Shown here in pieces: positions 25,659-37,942 of a stretch of 55,111 nt of DNA. Each line of letters opens with the position of its first letter. Positions within the stretch are counted from its first letter, which is position 1. The stretch comes from Paraglomus brasilianum (taxonomy: Eukaryota). The stretch lies in assembly GCA_910592345.1 (NCBI GenBank), contig CAJVPI010000096.1, forward strand, positions 1-55,111. Reading direction: 5' to 3'. The notes beneath the pieces were generated by a model. It made no database searches and was not told where the DNA came from. It saw nothing but the letters and a program-made list of their open reading frames with translations. Position numbers and translations under genes: made by a program.

Positions 25659-26323
25659 TTAGAAAGCAGCAAAGAATGATGCGACCCCAATCAACGCTGC
25701 CATCATCCAGAATGTTCCATCGCCTCTCGCTCTCACTCCCCCGCTCGCCTGCAACGTAGGAGTAGTTGTCGTTCTCGTTCCAGTCACAACATTCACTATC
25801 GTTGATGTTCTTTGCGGTATAACTACACTTGTATATGTCACTTGTCCATCAGGCAAAGTAGTTGGTACTTGTGCTGTTGTTTCAGGAATGATCGATAAGG
25901 ATGTGCTGGATGAGGTTTCTGTTACGGTAACAACTGTTTGTCCCGGTGGAGCTGTCGGTGTAGGTGATGGTCTAACAAAATTGACAATATTGGTTAGTCA
26001 AACTGGTAGTAGTAGAGACAATCAGGGTGTGTAAAGCGTAATGTAACTACTTACGGGGGGCAGTTATTTCCGCATTGTGATATTTGAGGACTGTGTTTGA
26101 TTGAATGAATTGATTAATGGGAAAATAAAGTTAGAATGATGATTGTCGAATTCAACAGATAGACTTTTAAATGTTGCGCTGCTCGACTCGATACTTACTC
26201 TCTTCGATGAAATCTGTGTGCGGGAGGGGACGATGTTGATGATGATTTTAGCATAAATATCAGAAATACGATAAGTGCGAAGATGTAGATTGATTTCTTC
26301 AACAGTCTCTTTAAAAGTGCCAT
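25659..26323 (-). CDS. Small secreted Thr-rich GPI-like/C-terminally anchored protein, paralog C, 157 aa; exons 26323-26199, 26090-26055, 25971-25659
   Basis: MALLKRLLKKSIYIFALIVFLIFML..RFHRR|DPQISQCGNNCP|PPSPTPT..DGQVTYTSVVIPQRTSTIVNVVTGTRT..GGVRARGDGTFWMMAALIGVASFFAAF*. Same intron phases. TATAAATA at 26401-26408. Confidence 0.87.
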
Positions 26324-28890
26324 CTTTGAAATATTTTGGATGCTTGATTATTGTTATGATGGATGGTTTGAGATTGATTTAATGTTGTTGGAAACTACTA
26401 TATTTATAGTTGAAGGTATAGCTGCGGGGCGTGTCCAAAAATGTAAACATTAATTTGTGAACGTTACACTAAGAATACAATGAAAAAACTAGAAGACTGT
26501 GCTATTTATTCTGTCTTGCACCCAAAATGGACATGAAGTGACATAATAGCAAATTCTTACACACAAGCTGCGACTTTTTGATAAGAGAGTATTTCAAGAT
26601 GTAGCTAATAATAACGCTGTACACAGTTCGGAAGATTTGAAGAAAACTGACCAATGTTTCACCGCCATCCATATTTGGAGACCACATTTTTGGCCCTTGA
26701 CCATAATTGATTAGACAACCTATAATTAGCATAACACAAATCAGGAGTACATGATGTACCTCCCCTCCCCCGAAGAAGTAAAATTTACCCTTACGGGAAA
26801 AAAGCTTATTCAATTAGCGGCGCTCTCTTTTTTAACTGTCACTTGTCTTATTTGAAAAAGTCCCGACTTTCCCTTGTCCCAGAGACTTTGTTAGCGGATG
26901 ACATGTTTTCTGCGCATTCATATATCCATTGTATTAGGTTACTGAGATTTAAATTTGTATCACCAGTCGTTTATAAACGGCTGAATATGTTTTTCGGCGA
27001 GTCGTTGTATTGTTCCGATTGTTAGTTCTCTCTCATTGGCGGGGAGGCGACCCGATCGTGTTTATAAACGCACAAACACAATGTTATGAATTGCTTGACG
27101 GTTCATGGAATTTCATCTACGACGCCGAGCATCTGGAAACTGACCGCAGTGAATACAATTTCTCCGTTCTATTCCATTCCATATTTTATTCATACTAATT
27201 TTCTCTTTTGATATTACTGGTCCTCTTAACAATGCTAATATGATATTAGTTGCTTGACATTGAAAAAAAAAGGGATTGCGGTTTTCTTTAACATTCCAAA
27301 GACAGTTATCTAAACCCTATTTGTGTTGGTATTATTGGTTCTGGTAACTTTCATTTGCTTCAGGGTTCCAACAATCTCAACCTCGTGAGCGAGTGTAAAA
27401 ATAATCAGGGACATGACAATCGATGATCATCTCGTCGTGCTCTGCACATGTTGAGTAGCTATACATTTAACATGATAACGTATAAATCAAAACCACCTGC
27501 CTGTTAGCTAAAATTATTACAGAAATCTGCTGACAAAAAGCAAAGCAGATATTTCTGTCTTTACCGTTCCAACGATTGCTCAGCACAGTACATGCCAACC
27601 AAATAGCACAGCACAGACATTCGGATATTATTCATTAATTAATTATTTGTTTAGGTTTTGTGCATGGCAAGACAAAATGCGTAAGAAACGAGTGGTATAA
27701 TGCGTGATCAGTTGCGTATCACACAATTTGTATCCGCAGTAGGTGCAAACTCTTTGACAAAGCACACATCATCTTTATTAATTAAACATCCAAATTCGTC
27801 TGCTCTAAATGATTTCTATTTTTGCTGCGTTAATCTTTGCCGAGTGGTTTATCTAGCAAGCATTTGAAATAAACTGTTGTTCTTAATATAAAAGGTTCTA
27901 AAAATAATTTTGGAACGGCGATTAAACGGTTTATTCAATACATATGTTAATGTAATGTTGCCATCATTTTATCTTTATGACAATTCTCGCTCTTTTTTAT
28001 TGTAAGCCTCGGTTCTCAGAAATTGATTAGATCTTTGACGTTTTAATAACAATTAGAGGCGCAAAATTAGATGCTCAAGTGAGTAGCCAGCTGCGTATTA
28101 GTGAAGTAGGAAAAATCCAGCATTTACAAACGTGGTTACCTTTCACATTGTTTAATTTATTCTTGTTTGTTGATTATGTTGTGGTACAACACAGCACGGG
28201 CCGTTGATACCGTTGAAAAAAAATAGACAAAGAATTAATAATTATTTGTTATTACTTTACCTTTATTGATATACACAACACACGTTATTGAGACTTTTAT
28301 CCAAAGCCGAAATAATTGAAAAATTCTGACTTGTATTATTTTGTTGCCAAGTTAACGTAACGTAAGCTGTACCAAGTAAGTACTTTTTTTAGCTAATTTA
28401 TTTGAGCTTGCAGCTTTTAATCAACTGCTTCATTATTTTTAATGTTTGACATGCTTCGTAAATTTACAAATTATAATAAACAATTATAGATATGCACAGA
28501 TCAAAGAAGGGCATTACTTGTTATCGTTCTCTGACAGTATTTGTGAAAAGTCACGTATAACTAATCATATGATTTCATGACAGACAAACTCCAAATTAGA
28601 AACTGAATACCAATTATTTTAAATTCATAAAATTTGCAGACTCATTCTAGGATCAAAATCAGAGACCAAATGTCAGAAGATATTATTTACGTTACAGAGA
28701 AAACACTGCCCGACCAAGCGAATAATCTAATGTAATTTCAAGTCTCTTCTGCTACAAATTTAAACTAATTTTACAACCTTGGCTTTACATACGATTAGAG
28801 ACTCTATTTTAGGCTACATTAACAGTTAAACTAATATACTGCTGGCATACTGTTCTTGATTTCTTTTTTGAAAGTCTAAATAATATTATA

Positions 28891-30700
28891 CAAGTGGGTC
28901 TCGATATAACGACACGCTCGGTTCCAACCTAAATGGTCGCTATATCAAATGTCCTTATATCGGGAACTTAACTTCAACAAAGCAAGTTGTCGTTATACAA
29001 AAAATCAATGTTATTGGATGAATTTGATCTGTTAAAACTTAAGCGTCATTACAACAATTAAAAAAATCTATCAATCTTCGTTTGTTTTCTCTTGCACTGC
29101 CAAGTTTTTTCTAAATTAGTTAACTCGTATAGGAAGGATAAAATTACTTCAATTTTGCTTGTTGTTGAATATAAGCCTTTAATCCCTTTGTATATCTTGG
29201 AGCATCCGATGCGCTAATAATAACGTTTGAAATATCTTCGTCTACTTCAAAGTCACTCCCATCTCCAGCGATTGTTGCAACGATATCTTCATCGGATGGC
29301 ATTGTGCCTCGCGCCACATTAACAGCAGTCAACTCCGATCCAATCATCGACTGATAACAAATCACTCTCACTGATTCCTGATTTTGGCACAATTTCGGCA
29401 TTATCTTCCAACGGCGGATTTTCTATGAAGTTGCCGAAGCTAAATTGTTCTGCGTCGTTAATAATTTTATCCCAACAGTCCGATTGTATTCACTCCAACA
29501 TTTTCCCACGCCATAGCTACAGTTTGTATTGCATCAAGAAGTGTGAAATTACTGGGTTGCGTTCGATTAGCACGTGCAGTTAACCGTTTCAATTCGATTA
29601 ATGCAAAACAGCTTGCGATAATGTGACTTAAATGATCAAATAATACCAGCATCGCAAGGCTGCAGATATTAGGAGGTAAAAAAAGTAATGCTACATTACT
29701 TAATTCATCGTCTTCATTCCACTTATGTGATGAGGCATTATCCAGTATCAAGAGAATTTTGCATTTAATTTACGGAGCCCAATGCTGAAGTATACTTGTC
29801 TGCATCAAGCATTTTTTGCTCCAATAGTAATAAACGGGTAGACTTGCTTACTGATTCCTTTTAGAGTACGTGGAGTATTAAATTTGTGAATAAACAGGGG
29901 TGGAAGTTTATCGCCGCTAGCATTGCACGTAAGCATTACTGTCAGATTTTTTTGTCCCGGATAAACTACAATGAGCAAGAGTTTTGAATGGTATTAAGTC
30001 CCAGTTTCGTCACAACTATAAATGTCGGGTCTATTATAATTAGTTGTCTTTGTTTGTAGATTCGTTCGGTATTCTAAGATGGTGTGCTAGCTGCTTCGCC
30101 CGATTTGGCAACCTCAAAAATGTTATGCCTTTTAGATAACCATCCGATAGATACAATGAAGTGTGCATCTGGTACAATTAGTCGAGCAAAATCTAACGCT
30201 TTTTCTTGAAGAATAGGACCATTAACCAAGATTCCACATTCAATAGAAAACCATAGTGCTTCGATCTGTGGAAACAATGGTGCGCGTCGTCGTTTACATT
30301 TGTTGTACCTCAGTTGGGGACCTGTCTCAGTTCTGGACTGAGACAACTGGGTTCTGGACCGAGTGACTGAGTTCCGAACTGAGACAACTGAGTTCTGGAC
30401 TGAGTGACTGGGTTCCAAACCGAGACAGGTCCCAATCTCAGACGCAACAGTCTCGAACGTGGAGACACCTAAAGGTCAAGCATTATAATAAAAACACTAT
30501 GTATGGTAGATTTTTTGCCTACTTTTTCTGCTTGTTAATGTCATTAAGAATTAATTTTTATGCTAAGTAAACGAACGTGGATACGTATTGTATTAATAAT
30601 ATTAATAAAAGAAATTTCAGTTAACTTAAAATGGAGCTTAATAAACAAAAAAGGAGATGTGTCACTCAAATTTGCGTATAATGACTGTCGTTATATTAAA
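28891..30700 (-). mobile_element. Degenerate pogo/Tigger (CENP-B HTH + DDE_1) DNA transposon; transposase pseudogene at about 29144-30300
   Basis: TIR-like end TA|CAAGTGGGTCTCGATATAACGAC at 28891. Minus-strand fragments GPILQEKALDFA..SIGWL..RHNI, IYSCDETG, MLTCNASGDKLPPLFIHK, ILLILDNASSH, LFLPPN, with frameshifts. The other boundary is approximate. Confidence 0.9.
30301..30449. mobile_element. TGTTG...CAACA hairpin mini-element, copy 1, inserted in the pogo transposase
   Basis: TIR TGTTGTACCTCAGTTGGGGACCTGTCTCAG / CCGAGACAGGTCCCAATCTCAGACGCAACA, with internal tandem units like CTGAGTTCTGGACTGAGACAA. Confidence 0.8.
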
Positions 30701-31839
30701 TGTCAGTGTATCCCAATACTTTATTGAGATTGTCCAATAAGCGTTTCCAAAAATAGTTGTGATATGATTCTTACTGATGCATAGCTCAATATGGGCAATA
30801 ATGGGAAGTTGTTCGAAAATCGCAAATAGAAACCAAAATGGTAAACCTATACTTGGAATATTAGTTTTACATTACGTTATGCACATTTGGATGGTTTTCA
30901 CCACTGGGCTATCAGCAAATAGTTTAAACTATGATTATTTCTTACGTTACTTATGTGCATTTAATTATAACACGTTTAGATAAGTTTGGGCTACCAGCCT
31001 GTGGAACGAATACAACGAAATATGATGCGATGCTTGTATACAGTAGGTTAGCCAAGCATCCCAACTCCAGGCTAATATAATGGTTATTGAAAATCCATCT
31101 ACTCGAGACTGTCATTAGGTTTCTACTAAGCGTCATATAATTCATATGCGGCGGCTTACAGGCGAATGTCGACAGTAGAAATGTTCGTGTCTGAGATCAG
31201 ACGGGTGCAAGAGTAATAGTAATGCAACATGAGATTTAGCTTATGCGTAATTTTCTGCTATCTTGCTCGCCAAGTATCGTTGACTCTTGATGTCACTCGG
31301 TTTTTCCCTTAACACGCAATGACGGTTGTATGATTGCTACTCTTTTACATGTTTTTAGTAACCCAAACAGCAATTGTTCTTAGCGTAATAATAATAATTT
31401 TGTTTAACAATTACAATAATTCTAAGCCATAATTGAACACTGGTAAATTGCATAAATTTGACAAACCAACCCAAACTTAAACTTCTTGTATTAAAAAACT
31501 TGAGATTGCATTGTAGAAGTAATGAAACCATTAAAACTTGATATGTATAAAAAACTTTTGACACGCGAGACATTATGAAGCAAATACAAGTTTAATTCAT
31601 TATTATTTTTTTTTCTCTCATTACCGACAAGATCATCACATTTACAACGCAGTCACCGGCTGATGCTAGGTAGTTGAATTAAAAACTGCTAGGTTAAATC
31701 TAATTATTGACTCGCCAGCTGAATAAAAAATTTTTCTCGCAATTTATTTACCAACAGTATGAATGAGAGTACATCATTGTTTTGAAACGAATAACTCCTC
31801 TTATTAAAATCCCGTTATAATAACTGATTTTAAATATTT

Positions 31840-32219
31840 GAAATGGGGAGGCATTTATTTCAATCATTTCAGCTCATCCCGTCGACAACATTTCGCCGAC
31901 ATCATTCTAATAGGAATTGTAAAGATAACAAAGTTAGTTAAGGACGTCAATAAGATATGACTGCATTTACGTATTATCTACGTAATTTAGAAAGTGAATA
32001 GGAAATTTACTGTATTTATTGGTTATCTCTATTATAATAACAGTTATTTGGCAGGCTAGGAATGAAAACAATCGTGACCACCAAAAGCAAAATTAACAAC
32101 ATTAAAGCTTTAAATTACTGTCAGCAAAATGACTGTCGTGTCGGTGAAATAAAATGTACTGTCGACGAAATAACTGTCGACGAGCTGTACTATCGATGAA
32201 ATGAACCGGGCCCATTTTC
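31840..32219. mobile_element. Foldback/Mutator-like MITE relic with subterminal tandem motifs
   Basis: Left CCCGTCGACA / ATTTCGCCGACA is the inverse of right TGTCGGTGAAAT / TGTCGACGAAAT / TGTCGACGAG / TATCGATGAAATGA. Ends GAAATGGG ... CCCATTTTC. Confidence 0.45.
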
Positions 32220-34332
32220 TATAATAAATCTGGTTTCAAATGCAACCTGGACCACTATTCTTGACTGCAGTCTTTGCTATTTAAATAAGTAGCGACTTGG
32301 AGTTAGTAAAAAAACTTGAGCTCAGTAAATTTCTTAGATAGTTTGGTAGAGAAACATTAAAACCAGTTTTTTCATTAAACAAACTATTTATCCTTCAATA
32401 GTTGGCAATACTCAAATTTTGGACAATTAAATCGAAAACTTTTTAGCTTTTAAGCACATTTAAAATGTCTGTAGTATACCTGTCTTATGAGAGCCAGTGA
32501 TTTTGTTTTGTGGGCCAACTTTAAAATACAATAATGTGACCACGTTCAACTTTAGTTAATGAGAATTAAGTTTTGAAACATTAATATGTTTCTATATAAT
32601 TTGTGAATAAAACAATATGCCAAGTTTTACCACGCATGACATAAAATTTTAGCCTTTACACTGAACAACTAATAAACTTAAACCCTGGCCGGGATTGTAT
32701 ACTACGTACGTCAAGTTTGTCAATATAAATTTTGCCATCATCAACCTCTGTCAGATTACTGAGCGAAGGTTTTGGTTGAGCCATAAAGATGGTACACCTA
32801 AAAATACGTCTGCGATTATTTACTTCTACTACGAGTTTTCTAGGATTCATCTTTGCAGCAAGGATTGGTCGAGTTTAATAATATAATTTAAATATGCCTA
32901 TTTTTTTCTTTACTCAAGGATTGCTTGCTTGTTAGCGTGAGGATGACTCATATATATGTGTTTCATAAACACAATGCTACTGAATGTATCCGCACATACG
33001 TGGACTATTCGATATCTAATATGTTATAGTCATTATAATGCTAAATCGTACATCAGGTTGGTTAAACTTTTACCACGTAATTCCAATACAAACAATATAT
33101 TTCGTCAATTCCGAAAAGAGTTAGCCGATTATAATAAAACCTAAAAGCTCGCTTTGACCATTGCCATTTGTAACTGACGGTATACGATGATTAGAGAAGC
33201 CAATTAAGGTTAGAATGGCGGGAAGATAGTAGTGAAGATCTTCCGTCTAAATGAACATGACATCATTCACATCTCGTTATTACTAGTCTTATTTGGAAAC
33301 TTTAAATACATGAGTAAACCGTTCTCGGCATTTAGTATAGTAGATCGCTTTATTTCTTGTATGGTTAGATTAAATTTACTTTGGCGTACTTCTTGTAAAC
33401 CAAATCCGATTAGCTTTTGTATTGGAGAATGTACTTTTGAATCGGTAACGGCGGTTGTTTAATTGGTACAACCTTTGTATAACCGCTGGAATTTATTAAA
33501 GTGGTCTAATGCTCGTCATATAATACGACTTTTTACTGTCAAATGTGCTTAAAGCTAGTTGGTAATGTAAGATTCGAGTCTCTTTACAAAGAGATTGTTG
33601 TTGATGTACTTCTATTAGGAATGATGGGAAGATTTTGAGTTGTTTGCTGATGCTAAGCCCTGCCTAAACTCGTGATACAAACCAGCCGTGTGGAACAATG
33701 GGATGACCAATCTTCCAGTCCTTTTTATATATAGGCCATTTACATATTGGGAAAATTGATATGCAAGTCTATTGATAATTATACGACGCTTAATAATAGC
33801 ATCCCACTATTTCAAGACATGTTTACGCCAAGAAAAGAAAGCTTGTCTTTTTAAGTATAGCATAGAGATTTAGATTTAGAACTTAGAATATGATATATCT
33901 AACTAAATGGGAACAATAAAGATGTCTTTAACGGAAAATAAAGACACAATATAATTATTATGTGTTGTTAGCAAATGCGCTACAACAAAGTGAAAGCACA
34001 ACGAACGTTGGGATAAGACCTACGAACGTCAATGAGGTTTCAAACCCAAAATAGAAGTTTCATAGTCAGAACAACAGAAACAGTCACACACACAACAGAG
34101 CCACACAAGAAATTTGTTTGTTTCAAAAATAGAATTTATTCAAATGGAAATCAACGCTGGGTCCGTGTGACTCCAAATAGATAAGCAACATTCAAATTAT
34201 GTCAAATATTACACATTAATAAAAATATAGTCCATACATACTGTCTTGTGTATAATATCTATATGCCATACGCAAACGTCCGTAAAAAAAAACAAAAGAA
34301 TAATAATATACCAATGCCAAAATACTAACTTA

Positions 34333-34980
34333 TCATTTAACGTTGAAACGAATACAATCATCCTGCGCACCACGTTGAGCAACAGGCATAATCACAGGTG
34401 TGTGAGCAAACGACGCACTCATGGTGCAGAGTCTATACAATCCGGCTGGTAATCCATCAGCAACATCTTGTGTCAAAAGCCCATTGGCGTCAGCTGGTTG
34501 ATTCAATCCCTTGAAGAAAGCAAATATTTGAGCATCCGGAGGAGTGTCAATGGAATCCAATTTCTGAACGGTAACATGAGTATGACCTATGATAATACCG
34601 TCGCTATCTAGTTGTTGAGAAAACAGATAATATTGGCTAGTGGCATTATCGAAGAACCCGGTCTTTAAATTAGTGATTACGAGCTTAATGGTGAATGACT
34701 TGTTGGCCGGAAGTGTGCTGGCATTTTCAGGGAAAAGGATAATGGTTGAGGGCATTTTGGCAGCTATCGGGATTTCACCAAGTTCAGTATCGCTGCAAGT
34801 CTCAATATTACGTTGCTGAGTGCCATCTGCTGGAGTAAGTGTAGAAGCGCCGTCACAAACTTTGCCATTGGGGGGGCCGGAATCCGAGATGGCAGTAAAA
34901 TTCGCGAATTCATCCGTATTGCCGGCATTTACTGCAAGAACAAGGGCAAGAATTACGGCGAGGAGGATGATAGAACGCAT
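34333..34980 (-). CDS. Secreted protein of a conserved fungal family often mislabelled 'ribosomal protein S17', 215 aa, intronless
   Basis: Signal peptide MRSIILLAVILALVLAVNA; motifs DGTQQ..TCS...GEIP...MPS, GIIIGHTHVTVQ, FAFFKGLN, GLPAGLYRLCTM...AHTPVIMPVAQRGAQDDCIRF. True ATG at 34980. TATA-like at about 35079-35090. Confidence 0.88.
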   Translation of the reverse strand: MRSIILLAVILALVLAVNAGNTDEFANFTAISDSGPPNGKVCDGASTLTPADGTQQRNIETCSDTELGEIPIAAKMPSTIILFPENASTLPANKSFTIKLVITNLKTGFFDNATSQYYLFSQQLDSDGIIIGHTHVTVQKLDSIDTPPDAQIFAFFKGLNQPADANGLLTQDVADGLPAGLYRLCTMSASFAHTPVIMPVAQRGAQDDCIRFNVK

Positions 34981-35786
34981 TTTCACAACGAATTATTATT
35001 TTTTTTTGGTATTAAGATGCAATTAGTATATTAACTGGAAGACGTTGCTTGAGGATGAGAGATTGCAGAAGGGATGCTTATATATGTATAGAAGAACCGT
35101 CGTCGTTGTTGTGGCGCTAAGACTGCATGTTGTGTTCTAGACGATACTAGGTTACTTTGTTATACCACACAAAAATAATTTGTCATACCCACTATATTTA
35201 TGGAGTTACGTATCTATTACAATCAGTATATTGGAGTGTGACAACAGAAGGGTAAATTTAATCTAAATTGATACAATTGGTCGGCTATAAGCCACCATGA
35301 TATATTTAATTTGCTCGGTCTTAACCAGAGGTTGATCCACAATTATGGCAATTGGGCTATGTACGATAGCATCGAATAGGCCGAGACACAATATAATTAT
35401 GCAAAGTTTCAATTGATGCTTATAGCAATCGCAAAGCTCAATAGAATTCTACATTTGTATAGCATCTGTATTTGCGTAGAACTTATCCGGCGATGACAGT
35501 TGTACGAATTGCTTGAGATTTGTATTAGTTTTTATTACATACGTCATCACAATATGCATGCCAAGCGTCTATTAATAGCTTTCTGAATTCCACATTTGTA
35601 TCCGCAGCAGTACATCTGCCCCGGATACACAATTGGGTAAAAAAAGATGCAGAAAATAAATGGTATGTAACAGTGACATAACTATAATATATATGGACCA
35701 TTAAAAACATTGCATTTCTTGTATCCTAATTTTCAATTTACAATAGTAAGATCATAAGGACATGTATTTGCATACCCATAATCCTA

Positions 35787-35854
35787 TAGCGTAATTTACG
35801 CATAGCACAACCAATTCGCATCATTTGATAGTAGCGTAATATACGCATAGCACA
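35787..35854. repeat. Two 23-bp direct repeats, each containing a palindrome
   Basis: TAGCGTAATTTACGCATAGCACA (35787) and TAGCGTAATATACGCATAGCACA (35832). Confidence 0.75.
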
Positions 35855-37942
35855 GGTTGAATTCCCCATTATTTTTAGTAACAACGCAATTAAATTATTA
35901 ATGCAAATTAGTTCCAACAAAGTTTGAGTACATTAGACTGTGGCTGGCTTGTTGAAATACTTTTTACCGACGTAGCATTGTTGTTTAAGGGTTCAGGCGT
36001 GCGATTGAGATCGGTCTACACTCAAGTTTCGTTGTTTAACTATTCCGTCTAGGCATGTAATGTATGCGTCATCATGCACGAGTATATGTCATCATTTGGT
36101 TCAAGTCAGCGTAGATAAGGCAATGTTCAAATTCTTTGTTGCTGCGTGCTCGATTAATCACTTTGCGCAAACTTAGAGTCTCATGTTAATTTACATTTGT
36201 TTGGCTACCACGCTGCTTTATCAAAGTAATCAATCAAACCTTTGTTTTCGAGTAGTGTATGACAGCTGATATCGGTGAAATGCTTACACGCGTTGGTCTA
36301 ACCAAACATGGATGTTAATTTGGGATTCACCATAGAGAATTCGAGGAGTTCGACACTTTTAAAGTTCAGGGATATAGGTACAATGCTGTCAGTCATAGTG
36401 GCAATGGACATTCTTTAATTTTTTTTGTCATTCAATCGGAAAACAAACACTCGTTATTGTGTGTTACTAAGAAAAGCTGTGCAACAAGGATTCCCCTCCT
36501 GAATTGGTATAGTCGCATGTTTCATTATTAATTAAAAACAATAGAAAGTTTGTTCAAAGTTGTAACGTTTCATCTACTGCTATTATTAGGGCCAATGTCG
36601 TCGCTGTCGTATTCTATTCGGAATTGATTACTGTCAAGTTTGGACGTTCAACAAGGGTTTTCGTTTTGTTACCGAACCGCGCTAACCAATTTTAGATTTG
36701 TTCAACAGTATGTAATAGATCGATAGTTTTTATTAGCTTATTGAACGTTACGCAAATGTGAAACCGACAGATTTCTTGTCAGTATGTAAGGTGTGCATGA
36801 TGCTCCGTCCTCTATGCAGTATAGGCTGCTGCTGCTCCGTCGCAGTTATGTGACACACTCGGTCAATCCCGGATGTTTTTAGTGTCGGTTTCAACTTTCT
36901 TGAATGCTCCATAGTTTCATGATCACCAATGCTTAATGATTTCAGATAATTTATTGCATTAGAAGATTACCGTAGAGCACTGACTAAAAAAACTTGGGTA
37001 TTATGCAAAATCAACGTTGTCACATGATGCAAATAAGAATAATATTAATTAACATACGATATTGATAATAAACTACACGTACAAACATTTTAAACGTGCA
37101 TAGCTGTCAAGAATACATCTCTCTTTTTCTGCGAGGGATTTGACTTTTCTTATAATCTCTATTATCTTTAATCCACATAGGTGTTCTTCTTCTATTGCGG
37201 GATATTTCGCTTTTCTGCCAGGACGTAACTTTGCGCTGCTTCCATTAGTTGATCTATTTACTTATCCACTTGCAGTGTCATGGATAGAATGATGACGACA
37301 ATAATAACAAGTTTGTCTCTTGCAGACCATTTTCTGCGTACTTGCTTAGTGACACGGGAACGTCTCGTAGGTTTAACCATAATGAGTTACAGCGAGGAAG
37401 AGTCTGTTATGTACTACACAGTATATTATCACGGGTGTACAAAGTATCCCACCACCGAGTAAAGCACCCCCTTAAAATGTATGGTAGTATTAAGAACCAT
37501 TTTTAGCGTTTCTTCAAACTCTATCAATGTGTACTTTAGTTTGATTCTGTCTTAGTTAAGGAACATTAATAATATATAACCTTATTATCTACAGTTAAAC
37601 CATGCTTTTATAAAGCTTTTATTGGTCCTTGTATTTACAAACATTGATCGTAATTCTGTCAACAAAATCGAGAAAACTTTTAGCGTAATTATTGACCACA
37701 CAATTTCAAGGCAATATTTTCCCCAAGTTTTTTTCCCTGTTTTGTAATAAGATTGAATTTGCAGGCACTTTCCTTGAATCCCACCCCTTAATTTACTTTT
37801 GTCAAAAACTACTGCACATGCATCCAAACTATGCATAAATTATATCTTCACTTTTTTAATTATCACAATTTCTTACTACTAAAGCTTTATTTAGTTTGCG
37901 CAAGTTATATTTACATCTGACAATCACATTTAATTTGCTTTT

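Noticed and set aside
30301..30449. Regular repeats resembling a CRISPR array (ORF 30074-30418 reads through them)
   Set aside because: No unique spacers, no cas genes, eukaryotic context; the units sit inside a TIR-bounded dispersed element.
32656..33735. Strong minus-strand TATA (about 33722-33733) and short ORFs as a fourth surface-protein paralog
   Set aside because: No signal peptide, no CGxxCP exon, and no coherent spliced frame found.
34333..34980. Ribosomal protein S17 label for this family
   Set aside because: It has a signal peptide, is acidic and Cys-containing, and shows no resemblance to ribosomal S17.
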